From the NCBI GenBank assembly GCA_040285825.1, contig JAUPSS010000011.1:817658-881657 (forward strand): a stretch of DNA of 64,000 nucleotides. The letters run 5' to 3'. Shown one piece after another: positions 21,151-33,770 of the stretch; the stretch's first letter is position 1, and the number at the start of each line of letters is the position of its first letter. The position numbers and the translations under genes are program-made. The notes below the pieces were generated by a model. It saw nothing but the letters and a program-made list of their open reading frames with translations, searched no databases and was not told the DNA's origin. This DNA is from Eukaryota sp. TZLM1-RC. Lineage: Eukaryota; Protista; Metamonada: BaSk clade.

Positions 21151-22059
21151 CTAGTCCAATTCATTCAGAATATCCTGATCAATTCTAGCATCTGATGTAA
21201 TGAAAAAACCATCTTCATCCTCAAGTCCTGGTAATTCTTCATCATCCACGTCATCATTCTGACCCATAATGTCATCATTATGATCTTCTATTTCCTCTTC
21301 ATTCCATACAAAAGTTTTATCTCCAACAAATTTTTCTCTAAAAGCCCTAAGGTTTTCAACTTCTTTATCATTCTTCTCCTTCACTTGCCTCCTTCTCTCC
21401 TCTTGTTCTCCTTCTCTACCCCCCTTCACCCAAGCCTCCACCAACAATCTTTCTGAATCAAAGACAGGTCGATCATCCAAATAAGTCAGGTTAGGAAGTT
21501 TGGTGATTAGTGTTTTTCTATAATTTGGAATATTTTTGACAACAGGATTACCATTTAAATACAAAACTTTGAGATTTGAAAGTTTCGACAGAATGTCAAT
21601 AATAAAAGGATCATCAAGTTGATTGTCAGATAGGTCCAAAACGGAAAGTGAAGGGCAATCAATCAATTTACTGATTGACTGAGGGGTTTTTAACCCATTC
21701 CGTTTGAGGTGGAGGGACCTTAAGTTAACCAGAGATTCCAGATTTTCTATACATGTTATATAATTCTGGTTTAGATTGAGCTGGTCCAACAATGTCATGT
21801 GTGACAAATGGTTGATGGTCTCAATGCAGTTCTCTTGCGCGTATAGGCAACGAAGGTCTGTTTGGGCAGAGAGGCCTTCAAGAGAGCGGAGACCGTTGCC
21901 CTCAATCCAAAGTGTTTTTAGGCCTGTGTAGGGTTCCAGGTGTTGAAGGTCAGTGAATCCATTGTAGTGAAGATAGAGTACTTCGTTGAGTTCTGGTGTT
22001 GTGTAAAGCTTGTGCTTACGACATATGTCCCGTAATAGTTTAGGAGTGATTTGAGCCAT
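21151..22059 (-). CDS. DNAAF1: Dynein axonemal assembly factor 1 (LRRC50/ODA7) homolog
   Basis: [19 protein letters not shown]-terminus, SDS22-type LRRs, LRRcap [31 protein letters not shown]. Confidence 0.9.
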   Translation of the reverse strand: MAQITPKLLRDICRKHKLYTTPELNEVLYLHYNGFTDLQHLEPYTGLKTLWIEGNGLRSLEGLSAQTDLRCLYAQENCIETINHLSHMTLLDQLNLNQNYITCIENLESLVNLRSLHLKRNGLKTPQSISKLIDCPSLSVLDLSDNQLDDPFIIDILSKLSNLKVLYLNGNPVVKNIPNYRKTLITKLPNLTYLDDRPVFDSERLLVEAWVKGGREGEQEERRRQVKEKNDKEVENLRAFREKFVGDKTFVWNEEEIEDHNDDIMGQNDDVDDEELPGLEDEDGFFITSDARIDQDILNELD

Positions 22060-22753
22060 TGGTATGGTACTAGGATGGACTGATGATATTTGGAGAAGAA
22101 TTTACCATTTCAACATTCATTAGTTTCAAGTTCATGTCTGAATAGAAGACCATCTCCACCATCTGAATGTGCTTCCAAAACTGTCAAAATATTCAATGTG
22201 GAGTTTCAAAATCTATTTCACAAACCTTTACTCATGGTTAACTCATGGTCAGTTTGTGTTATATATCCCTATTACCTGTTGTGATAAATTATCCACAATG
22301 CAGTTTGTGATTGTTTTTTTTAAACTGTAAAATGTGCTCATCATCCAGTTTGTCTCTTTGATCAATTAAATTTCAGTTTAAGCCAAAAACTAGGTAACAT
22401 TCAATGTGCTTGGTATGTTGGAACTGAACTAATTATCGATTGTACTACTGTATCGCCGTGGAAAAGTAGTTCCAATTCTGACATTCAACATTTACTCAGA
22501 GCTTTTCAAGAAATCAACTTCACCTGATCTAATCAAAATAAGTACACTCAACACTAATTTTGTCCATTTTCGAAGTAAAATTTATTTAAAACAGGGAGAC
22601 GGCAATTGAAAATGAGAAAAATTCAATTTACAAAAAAATTTATAAATTCAGAAAATATACACGACGGAAAAGATCTCAACCACAACTACAACCTCTGGCA
22701 AATATTAAATATAAACAATAAATATAACAACTTCTATTCCGACCTATTCCTAT

Positions 22754-23035
22754 CTACTTTTCCGACTCTGCAATGTCAGACACCTTTTGAAAAAGACTAG
22801 ACAACTTATCCTTCATGGAATCATAAAAGTGTATTAGCTGGTCAAATTGAGCGTCATTGAGGTTATCGTCACTTTTTGAGTCCATATTGACAGGTGGTTG
22901 GTTGAGTTCCAAGTCAAGCTGCTCCAAAGCACATTCAACTTGTGAAGCACGCATTCCTTCAAGAGAAGAGAGAAGTTCGGTTGTGGAAAACTTGCCAGAT
23001 TTGAAGTCGTTTTCTATGTTAGATAACTCGTCCAT
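22754..23035 (-). CDS. Small coiled-coil protein, possibly CCDC28-like
   Basis: Clean 93-aa ORF; NDFKSGK resembles the CCDC28 NDFHSGK motif (recalled, not searched), followed by heptad helices. Confidence 0.5.
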   Translation of the reverse strand: MDELSNIENDFKSGKFSTTELLSSLEGMRASQVECALEQLDLELNQPPVNMDSKSDDNLNDAQFDQLIHFYDSMKDKLSSLFQKVSDIAESEK

Positions 23036-23190
23036 GGATACAGAAGATGTCTATATAGTAATGAAAGAAGTGTTGAGAACGTTGCGGGCAGTGGTGTCCT
23101 GTTTCTAGGAGTGAGAATTAGTTCAACAAATAATCTGTGGGAAATTCCCATCAGTACACGATCAATTTGCTTGTGGAATAGTTACAAAAA

Positions 23191-24106
23191 CTATCTGCTA
23201 CACAGATAACGAGGCCTTTCATCACCACTCAGCCTAGCTTCAGCAATTGCAAACATATTCAGACAAGCCAGCTTATTCCTATTGAAAAGCTTTGTTGAGC
23301 CTTTGTTATTGAGTTTGCAACTCTCACTATTACAAGCTAATAAACCATGACATGTAGTAACGGGAGTCTTTTCTCTTCTATAGAATCTGGGATCTGTTAC
23401 TCTCAAAACGTAGAAACCTTTTCAAAGCAAACAGGACATTTTGCTGAAGTGGAAGCTTCATTAATCATCAATACTTCAAATCCATTCCTTTTCAGGAATT
23501 GAATCCATCCAATGGCTCGAGTAGGTCTCGGATGTTTTAAATTCTTGGAACCTTTTTTTTACCATAATCACCCATTAGTATTAAAATGTCTTTTGGATTG
23601 TCAAAATTCTGAACAAGGCTTTTCAACCACCAACTTTCAGTCTTTTGCTTGTGAATAAAAGCTTGCATTTTATGAATGCTCCACAAGTCAAGACTGTAAA
23701 ATCCAATTGTCAAAAAAACTTGCCGAAGTTTGACAACCACAAAGTTGGAAAAATCTATTAAAATTGCTGAATTGGCAGTAAACGAGGATAATTCGGTGTT
23801 TGTGTCTTCGATTGTCTTTTCATTAGACTCTATCATTTGGTTCCTGTCGTAATCTACCTCAGTATACTTTGTCGCCCATTGTTTTTGCTTTTCATTCATC
23901 CTGCTTTTCAAAGACCAGGACATCTGAGTCATTCTCAACCATTTGTACTTCTTGTCTTGATTCATCACCCGACTATTTCTTTTTGGCAGAATATTTTTTG
24001 GAAAGTATATTTTGGAAGTACTCTGCTGTTCTGTGAAAAACAGGTTGAAGTAGGAGGTGGGAACTGAGTCCGTAACCTTGTTATCCTTTTTCTCGTTTCG
24101 ACGCAT
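23191..24106 (-). pseudogene. Fanzor1 (eukaryotic TnpB-like RNA-guided nuclease), degenerate
   Basis: Joined across two frameshifts: FIHKQKTE..ILMGDYG..PTRAIGWIQFLKRNGFEVLMINEASTSAKCPVC..DPR..CHGLLACNSESC..FNRNKLACLNM..RPRYLCSR, i.e. bridge helix, RuvC-II, zinc finger, RuvC-III. Confidence 0.85.
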
Positions 24107-24719
24107 GATGTTACAAGAATAAGGAGAGTCAAGATAATATCGCTGTCTGACACGATGTCTGACATGCTGATTGCAATTTCAAATTGATTGCTAATTTCCA
24201 CAATGGTATCAAATGCCTATCCACTGTATCTCTATTAGTGGTCATCAACATCAACTCGATTTACCCTCTAGCTGTTCTTGTCGTTGTTACTCCGTCTAAA
24301 CTCTATGTTTTTTTCCAGTTTCCTTCTCCTTCCTTCACCTCTTGTCCTCTTCCCATTCAGCTATCTCAATAATTCTCCCTTCCTCTCTCCCTCTCTGTTT
24401 CGACGGGACCTAAACAAGTGCTAAACTGTGTGTGGTTTTCATTTGAAATGTGTACTTTCGCCCAGCATCATTCCAACTTATTCCAAGAACTTTCATTCTT
24501 GGTGAGATCGTCCACAGACGTTCTAGAATCCTCGAATAACTGGCCACCAATCTCAGTGAGCCCATTTCTCCTCTACAACAATACGTAGCTTTGAAGCTAG
24601 TTTCTGGAATGCTTCTGGTCTTGTTCCATAGTAGTGCTCACTAATTGCAATTACTTATTTTCTTTTGCAAATGAACGTTGTAACAACTTGAGAAACGCCT
24701 TACGCCTTATATTAGTGAA

Positions 24720-25230
24720 GGTAGTATTATAGGTATTTAATACTATTTTACTATATATGTATGTATAACTAGTATATATAATACTATACTATAGTATAGT
24801 ATTTTAGTATTATATACTATAGTAATACTATAGTTAATATAGTATAGTTAATAGGTATTTAGGTAGGGTTTAAATATATTAAATAAATATAAATTTAATA
24901 AATATATTATATACTATTTGAATATTTATTAATATACAAATTTAGGGTTAAATATGAAGTATTATACCACCGATATTATAATCGGTATTAATTATCGGTA
25001 TTAATTATCGATATTAATATTAGATAATATTATATAGTTATTATATTATTGATTAATTATAATATCATACATTTTATTATACAAATATTATACATAATAT
25101 AATATTATACATATAAATAAAAAAATAAAAAAAAATAAATGTAATTAAATTAAATTATATAATATGTAGTATAGAGGTATTGAATGTAGTAGGATCTATT
25201 AGGATAATACATTTGTGGGTTTTATTCTTA
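24720..25230. other. Extremely AT-rich low-complexity non-coding tract
   Basis: Almost entirely A/T, with TATACTATAG-like and ATTAATTATCG repeats. Confidence 0.7.
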
Positions 25231-25347
25231 ATGCTTAAAAATCTGTATCTCAGCAATCATTCAGCACTTCAAAAACGCAACTCTTAACAAACAATAAACC
25301 TGAACATAACCTCACATCGGAAATTTGTTTTCGTAATGTTTTAGTAA

Positions 25348-25511
<164 letters not shown>

Positions 25512-26045
25512 GTGGTGTCAGACCTATTGCTGTTGGTGAGTCCATAACGAGATTATCATTTCACATCGGAAATTTGTATGATGTACAAAATGCTTGGGCT
25601 AGTGCTTGACGTAGCCAGATGGTCCAAAGGTAATATTACTGTTGTGAAATATCTATGACGCAAGATTGTAGATTTAGTTGCTGATATGCCTATTCCCAAC
25701 AACAAAATTAAGCCTTGTTTTACTGTCATTTATAAATTTTTTCTGATAAGTTTGTCAAATCTGTTCATCACTCTTCAATACTTACGTCTTCACTGAAACA
25801 AAATCATAACGTTCACCAAATATCACGTCAAACGATTAGAAATGTTCTGAACTTTGATGTTCATTGTAGTTATCAATACAACCTTAGCTTCTGTAAACTA
25901 GTCTCCAACAACACTTTATTGTTGAGCATAATTTGCTGACTGTTGCACAAGCAATTCTTCGTGAATATATATGATATAATATATATATTAATATATATTC
26001 ATAAAAATAATAATAATAATAACAATAATAATAATAATAATTGCT

Positions 26046-26460
26046 TTGGTTTATCGCGATGATGTTTTACTTAGTACTAATGGTCATTTAAACAAGGCTG
26101 AAGATCGTAAGAGAGATAAATATACTGAGATATTGAAAGATTTAAATAAGAACCTTTATTCGAAGTTTTCGTTTGTTCCTTTTGCCTTTTCGATTTTTGG
26201 CAACATTGGACAATCCGCCATGAATTTCATCAATAATTTTGGTAATTTATGTCGTTCAAGTGGTAAGAATTTTGCAGAGAATTTATGGAAAAATCGTATC
26301 ATTTTCGCTTTGTACAGAAGTGTTCCCAAGTACTTGAGTTTAATGATGTCTAAACTTTATAAGGATTCATCAAGAGTTGGCGTGGAGAATTTAGTTTCTT
26401 ATGTGTTTTAGTTTGTTTTGTTTTTATTTGATTCTTTATATAAATGGTTTATAATAATAA
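26046..26460 (+). mobile_element. 3' fragment of non-LTR family F (RLE C-terminus)
   Basis: AEDRKRDKY..FVPFAFSIFGNIG..WKNRI, homologous to the C-termini of families C and E. Confidence 0.8.
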
Positions 26461-26797
26461 TTTTATAATAATTCATATATTAATTTTTTTACATATTCAT
26501 TTATTTTATTTATTTACATATTTTATATCTGTTCAATAGGAGCACTAGAGACTACAAGACATGAGTTTTTTGTTCCAACTCTAAAAATATAACTGCAAAT
26601 ATCCATTGATATCCAAAATACTCTTTAACGTTTTGTCGAACTACAACACTTGGTAAAGTTAAAAGATCTAATGGGACTGGCTTCAGGGAACCACGATTTC
26701 GTTTACTAAAATGCTCTTAAATTGAGAACCAATTCCTTACCCTCGTTAAACCCTACCTACAAATTAGGGTCGTTCAAACACCCCTTCTACTCACATC

Positions 26798-28105
26798 ATG
26801 CCTCGGTACCGTTGCGAATATGACCATAACGGTGAGCTGAGGTACTTCTCTACCGTAGCTCCTCCTGAAGCTTCGGTATATAAACTTTTAGAATTGGCAT
26901 CAATGGATTATAATGAACTTTATAACCACGATGTACGATTCACACGGCTCTCTCTTCCCGGTGGCTTCCTTGTCCCTGGCAAACACCTTGCAGTTGAAAT
27001 TATCGAGCGTTCAGAAGTCGTGAAACTCTCTTGCCACCCACAACCTCAACCTCAACCTCAACCTCAACCTCAACCTCAACCATTCACATACACCAAGCCA
27101 CCACTTTCAGATCATCAACCAACTACCACTATACAACCCCTTAAAGGACCCACCCCTGCCCCAGAAGTTGTTAATATCGACACATGCGTTCCTCACCCTT
27201 CGCACCCTTCGCATCATAGTCGTGATGATAGTGGTACAACAAGTAGGTTAGCCGACGTATCTGCATTGGGGTTCACAGAGAGTGAGGGGTCATGCAGTGA
27301 AGATGAATCTGTTCCAGTGAAGCTGGATTTTGTTAAAGCAAGTTTAAAAGGAGTTCCTAATGTGGACGTGTATGAAGTCAATGAAAGTCAAGATGATGAC
27401 GTGACAATTGATGACGTGGAGGAGATCAAACAAGATGAAGAAGGAGATGAAAAATCGGAAACCAGTCAAAATATGAATCAAAATATGATTAATCATCAGA
27501 ATGATGATGACAAGAGTGAGCCGATGGTTCCAGAAAAGGAAACTAATCAGAATTTGATTGAACATAAGATCGATGAAAAGAAAGTACAATCAGAAGATGA
27601 ATCAGAATCGGAGACTAATCAATCGGAAACTAAGGAAACCAATCAATTGGATACCAGTCAATTGGATACCAGTCAATCACTTGCCGGTCATAAACGATCT
27701 GTGAATAAAACAGATGACGAACCACCAAAGAAAATCAATCAAATATCCGATCAATCAAATTCAGATCATTCAAATTCAGATCATTCAAATTCTAGTGATT
27801 CTTATGACTATGATACCGATAGCTCAGAAAGCGATGAGGATGAAAGCTCAGATGATGACGTGGCAAATGACGCGATAGGGTCAAAAAAGGAGACTAAAAA
27901 ATCTTCAGATCCGGTTGCTGAATTGATTGCCGATTCTCAAAAATTACAAAAACAAGTTGCTTCCAAAAACAGTTTTAAACCCCCAATCAAAACAGTGACA
28001 GTCAGAAAACCACTTAGGGGTAAAAAAGGAAAGAAAGTTTCTAACAGGATCAAGGATTTTACTCCAGAAGTAGTGAAAGAATATGCTGAGAAGGCAAAAC
28101 AATAA
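26798..28105 (+). CDS. Hypothetical protein: folded N-terminus, (QP)n linker, acidic low-complexity middle, basic C-terminus
   Basis: 435-aa ORF with ATG start and higher GC than the flanks; no family recognised. Confidence 0.75.
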   Translation: MPRYRCEYDHNGELRYFSTVAPPEASVYKLLELASMDYNELYNHDVRFTRLSLPGGFLVPGKHLAVEIIERSEVVKLSCHPQPQPQPQPQPQPQPFTYTKPPLSDHQPTTTIQPLKGPTPAPEVVNIDTCVPHPSHPSHHSRDDSGTTSRLADVSALGFTESEGSCSEDESVPVKLDFVKASLKGVPNVDVYEVNESQDDDVTIDDVEEIKQDEEGDEKSETSQNMNQNMINHQNDDDKSEPMVPEKETNQNLIEHKIDEKKVQSEDESESETNQSETKETNQLDTSQLDTSQSLAGHKRSVNKTDDEPPKKINQISDQSNSDHSNSDHSNSSDSYDYDTDSSESDEDESSDDDVANDAIGSKKETKKSSDPVAELIADSQKLQKQVASKNSFKPPIKTVTVRKPLRGKKGKKVSNRIKDFTPEVVKEYAEKAKQ

Positions 28106-28199
28106 TTTTTTGCTTTAGTTTTTAGTTTTTTAGACTTTCTTATTTATTTAATTTATTTAAATATTTATACAAAAAATAAAAGAAAATATAAAATATAAA

Positions 28200-28462
28200 A
28201 AAAATATACACTATTATATAAAAAAAGTAACAAAACATAACAAAACCAACTAATACACATAAGAAACAAAATTCTCCACGCCAACTCTTGATGAATCCTT
28301 ATACAGATTGGACATCATTAAACTCAGATACTTGGGAACACCTCTGTACAAAGGGAAAATTATACAATTCTTCCATAAATTCCCTGCAAAATTCTTACCA
28401 CTTGAACGGCATAAATTACCAAAATCATTGATAAAATTCAAGGCGGACTGTCCAATGTCGCC
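28200..28462 (-). mobile_element. 3' fragment of family F
   Basis: Paralog of 26200-26411 (RVGVENFVSYVY*). Confidence 0.8.
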
Positions 28463-28553
28463 AATTATTAACTTACAGCGAATTATTAATGAAATAATCT
28501 TATAATCTTTTGAAGTATGTTAATCATGAAACAGTAATTCAATGAAACCAATT

Positions 28554-29038
28554 TTTTTAATTTATTGAATTTGCACACTTGATTAAATTAAATCATAACT
28601 AATGGGACGACTATCATTAAACCAAGATTTCCTTCACAAAATCTTGATTTGCTTGCTGTCTAGCTAAAGCTTCTCTAATTCGATTGAAAAACCGCGGTAA
28701 TCTATTAATAATGGCAAATTGAATCCGTGAACGCCATAAAAAAATATCAAATCTTTTCATTGTTTTTTCTTTCACCATTTTTTGGAAGTCATCCAAAAAA
28801 GTTTCTGCTTCAACTGATAATCTTCCATTTATCGAAAATGGGAAAGCAATAAAAACCAGCTGTGTATTTCTATCGATATTTGCATCTTCAATTTCTTTAT
28901 CATATTTTCTATGTTTTTCTTTTGCTTTAAAATCCAGAGCAGCCACAGGATTAAGTTTTCTTCTGTGAACCAAAGTATCGTTTGCAACATTACATGAGAC
29001 AAAGTCAACAATAGCTTCAGAATTATCAATCCAATCAC
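28554..29038 (-). mobile_element. 5'-truncated family B
   Basis: TSD TGAAACCAATT (28543-28553, 29039-29049). Confidence 0.9.
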
Positions 29039-29146
29039 TGAAACCAATTGAAAACAAGATTTAACAATTTTAATTGTATCAATCAAACTTTCAAATTGTT
29101 TATTTGGAATATTTGACAGAATAATCAACACTAGGTCAGTGATATT

Positions 29147-30980
29147 TTTTTTGGAACTGGAATATTTATTGAGATAAAAATAACCATCTAGAATTCAATA
29201 TCCTCCAAACAAGCGTCACTATAACTGAACCTACTCACAGCATTACGTTCATATTCTACACCAATAGCTAAAAGTGCCTTTGAAATCATTGTTGGAATAG
29301 ACTTGAAAATGCAAAAAACAATTCTATTTAACCAGAAAGTGGAGTTCATTGTTTTACCAGACCTATTCAGCAACACTTTTTTAAAATTTCCAAAAAAGTG
29401 CAACCCTGAAAGTCCAATATTGCCAAAAAGAGAAATTGCAAACGGCACAAACTGATATTTCACATGTTCCACTCTACCTAACTGTGCCAAAGGTTCTTCA
29501 TATTTTTTTATCTTCTTTTTTTCGGCGTTAGATAACGGCGAGTCAGCGGAATACACTAAACGAGCAGCAGAATTTTTGCAAACATCCACTGAGACAACGT
29601 CTACAACATTGAGAACACCATCGATCCCTGGAGCTACTAAATCTGCCCTTCTTTTACCAAAGGAATCATCAGTTTGATCTGAAGACAGCTTACGTACTAG
29701 TGGCTCAATAAATGCCTCTATATTGAAACTTTTGCACATGGCATATAATTGATCACGAACTGAGTCGTGAACAAGTGAGCGATAAGTTATGAAATACTTA
29801 CAGTTTAAAATATGGGAAAGCGTAACAACACTCTTGCAGCGGCAAATTAAATCATTTGGCAATGAACAAGGCCATAGAAAACATCTCAATCTCATTGCAG
29901 TGGTCCATTGGTGATCATTAAGTAGAAGGCCGTAAATGTTGGGAATTTGGGAGATTAAGCAACTTGAGCAACTGTCTTCAAGATCAATCAAAAAGTTTGC
30001 AAAAACGGGATTTTTTTCCTTAGCCAAGCTAAGACGTACAATATAATCCAAGTTTTCTAAAACTTTCAAAATTTTTTTCTGCAATTTTGCAAAAGTCAAT
30101 GGTAAGGAGAGCAAGCTTCTTGAAGGAAGTTCCACAATATCAGAGGGGAAACATTTAGCCCAAATATTGGGTGAAAGAGTTTCAATTGCCTGTTGCAAAG
30201 AAATTAGATAAGAGCTGCGACAATTTTCAATGAAATGAATTTTTTCAGGAAAACGATTCACAAATTCATAAATAAAATTCTTTCCACCTCCTATAAAGGC
30301 AGCTTTACAAAGGTAGCTTGATTTATGAAAATCAACACCACCAAAATTTGTACCACAAAAAATGTGGCTTCGTAACTGAGATGCATCAATTTCCAATAAT
30401 TTTGCTAAAAAATTAGTTCTTTGTTCATTAAAAATGCGACAGAACTCCAAGGAAATTGATGGTGATGTTGATCTCAAAATATGAGTAAATTTTCCAGAAT
30501 AACAGATTTTGAGGAAAAAGAATTTCAAATGTTTCTCAATATTTAAATTTTCTATTGATTCTAATTCATTTCCAAATTGAGTCAACAGAGTCGAAAGTTG
30601 GCTTTTGACTTCATCAATATTTCCGAGATAACAACCCAAAAAAACGAAAACCAGACTGATCATAATTGATAAAGGGGACATTGACATCATTAATGAAAAA
30701 ATCAATTGGTTCATGGCCAATAATCAAACATTTGGAGATATTCAATGAGAGACCAATATCTTCATAACGCTGTTGAATAAAAGTTGCTATTTGTTTCAGA
30801 ATTGTAATAGGAGCAATTACAGAAATGTCATCCATATATGCTACAATATCTATTTCTGGGAACTTTTCTTTCAATTCGCACATTAATGGATGAATTGCCA
30901 GACAAAAGAAAAAAGGACCAAGTGGATCACCTTGTTTAACACCTGAAGACGAAAGCAGGTCAAAATTTTCATAGACCAAT
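29147..30980 (-). mobile_element. 5'-truncated family C CRE-like element (RT to RLE)
   Basis: GDPLGP, YMDD, CRC..HILNC, VHD, RAD..DV; TSD GTCAGTGATATT (29135-29146, 30981-30992). Confidence 0.92.
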
Positions 30981-31244
30981 GTCAGTGATATTGGATAGTA
31001 GTTTTTGTGATTGCTGTAAGGTATCAATGATGACATTCATTAATGATTTGTATTGATTACCAAGTCGAGGGTTAAAAACTTGCCAAATCAGGCAACCAGA
31101 AGTCCAAAATGGAGTGACAGTCCACTTATTGTCGACGGTGAGTATGTGATTTGATGACTCAATGCAATGAGTGTTGAATGATCAAAGCTGCTACTATAGA
31201 ATGTTAAAAAATGTAGAATGTAGAAACTTTTTTATTTTATTTTA

Positions 31245-31735
31245 TTGATTTAACAGTGAAGAAAATCAAATCATGACTAATGGGACTAAATTCAATGAAC
31301 CAAGATTTCCTCCACAAAATCCTGAACTGCGTGTTTTTTGGCAATTGGAACTCATGTTCAATGAAAAAAGAGACAATCTATTAATTGTGGCAAATAGTAA
31401 TCGCGACCATTTTAAAATAATATCAAATCTCTTCATTGTGGTTTCTTGAACCACTTTTTGGAAATCATTCAAAATTTTTGCTGCTTCTACTGATAGTCTA
31501 TCGTTTATAGAAAATGGGAAAGCAATAAAAACAAGTGTCTTCGTGTATTTGCATTAGCTTCTCCGATTACTTTGTGATATATTCTATGATTTTCTTTTTG
31601 CATTCAACAACTTTTACCAGATTAATTGTCCTTCTTTGTCATTCACAACAGTACAGAAGACAAAATCAACAAATCTTCAGAGTATTCGATCCAATCACAA
31701 CTTCTATCTCCTCTCATTATCAGAACCAAACTTGT
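31245..31735 (-). mobile_element. Old, diverged B-like RLE fragment
   Basis: DFQKVVQETTMKRFDI resembles family B DFQKMVKEKTMKRFDI. Confidence 0.7.
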
Positions 31736-32199
31736 TTAATGACAACAATATGTTTACAATTGCTGTAAGGTTTCCTAATCTTTTAAAAGAGTGAGTGCAT
31801 CATTTGTTTGCAGTTGTCACGTCATTGACTCGTCATCTTATCCTCTATCAATTACAACAACAACTTCCACCTGCATTCTCCACATGAGGATCTGCAAAAC
31901 TTACATGTTTTTTGATCAACGTCTCGGGTTTATTAATGTGCTATTGGTATCTCCTCTTTAACGTTGCGATATTGCTAACTCGAGCTATGTTACACATTTA
32001 TTGCACAAGGAATGACTCCTCCTTCTCCTCCTTCTCCTCCTTCTCCACTCATACCCGCTCGTCATGTCTGTATTCATTGAGCTTCAGTTGTGGTGCTCTT
32101 ACAGGGTCATTAAAACCCCCTCACCAGCCACCCTGACTCTAATCCCCCTGCCTCAGTTTTTGCTTTCTACTAGTCTAATCCCCACTCTTTCTTATCTCA

Positions 32200-33232
32200 T
32201 GCCACTGTTTTGTTTTGTTTGTCCAAGGTGTCCAATTCTGCTGACCTTCTCTCACTTCTTTTTCATGCATCAGAAGACACAAAAGCTTGTGCTTCGGCGG
32301 CATGCTACTATCAGTTTATTACTCAATCTGAACTCGCATTATACTACTGTGTATCCATATCTCGATGGTTAAAACACTCCTTTGACGCCTCTAAATGGGG
32401 TACACACAAACGTAAACGGTCAAAAAAGCCCAAATGCACAGAAGTTGACATTTTGTTGGAGATAGTTGATAACGATCCGTTCATGTTTGTACATGAAATG
32501 GAGACTCTGTGTAGGAAAAAGTTTGGTATCACTTCTTCAGTGTCAACTATCCGAAGAATTCTTGTTGATTCAGGATGTGCATCAACAGTCCTCTACAACT
32601 GTAAAGAGAGTCTCCATCGTAACTATGAAGCATTTCTTTTGAAAGAAGATCTATTATTCAATCTCATCTATTTATTGACGAATTGAGTTTTCGAAACAAA
32701 GGATATTCTAAAAAGAACGTTCCTATTCATGCCAAAGCTGGAAAAATTAATGCACGCCAAATACCCTTGGTCGTTCGTATTAGTATTTTTGGATATGTGA
32801 CTTCGCATATGAAAGAAGGTCACTTCAGAAGAGCAGATTTTGTTGGCTTCTTGAAAGACTTAATCAGAGATGGTGTTATCGATTTCCAGGTCCACGTTTT
32901 GTTCTGATACTAGATGGCTATCGAATTCATAGGTCACCTGAAGTTTTTGCAGCTGTCAGTACAACAGGTATTAAATACATTCTTTTGCCCCTATAGTCCC
33001 CAAAATGTAATCCTATCGAGAGTTACCTCTCTATCTTAAGAAGGCGAGTTTGAAACGAAGCTAAGCTTTATCCTGACGTACCTGCTACCCAAATTATTTA
33101 TTCTTATCTTGAGAGCTTACGTAACTATAACTGTAACTCGCTTCTTAATCACTCTGGTTACGTTGAGCGACAAAATTACAAGTCGTCTTATGTGCACAGT
33201 GAAAGACTGAAGAGATTTGCGTCAACTGAATA
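32200..33232 (+). pseudogene. Tc1/IS630-like DDE transposase remnant
   Basis: HTH region (DPFMFVHEM..SVSTIRRIL), IDE, ILDGYRIH, and YSP..NPIE at roughly DD34E spacing; several frameshifts; TIRs not found. Confidence 0.75.
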
Positions 33233-33770
33233 ATGATTTCTACAATATATAATTAAAATTTTTTTATCGTTTATTAATTATCTAAAACTAAAGCTGTGCA
33301 TGAGGATAACTGGCATTTTTACAAATGTTAAACATGAGTTCTGCATCTGCATTAAGCTGTGTGGGAATTGGAGCTGAGTTCAACATCGATTAAACAATAT
33401 TATTAATTTCAGCATAGTATTTTGTTTTCAAAGTCTCTCTAAATGAGTTGACCTCTTCTTCGACTTGTGTTTCTTTTCTTTTGATAAATTGTACGATTTG
33501 GTCATCGAACATGGAGACTTCTTCAATGTCGTATTTGGGACTCTTCAACATTTTGAATCTGGCCACATTTTCAGAAACAATAGAGAGATCAGCGATTTTG
33601 TTGCTTTCATTAAGCATTTTGAACTCAACCCAAGCTTGAGTCGACATGCTCAGTGTACTATGCATGCTCTGAAGACTTTCTTACCAATAAATTGCAAATT
33701 TTGTTGTCGTTGATCTTCCAGTTGCTGATCTTATAGTGTCTTAGTATTATCTGGACAAATTTTTATAATT

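Noticed and set aside
33240-33720. Short ORFs 33390-33665 and 37073-37402 and neighbouring coding-like DNA
   Set aside because: No recognisable motifs and interrupted frames; cannot support a gene call.
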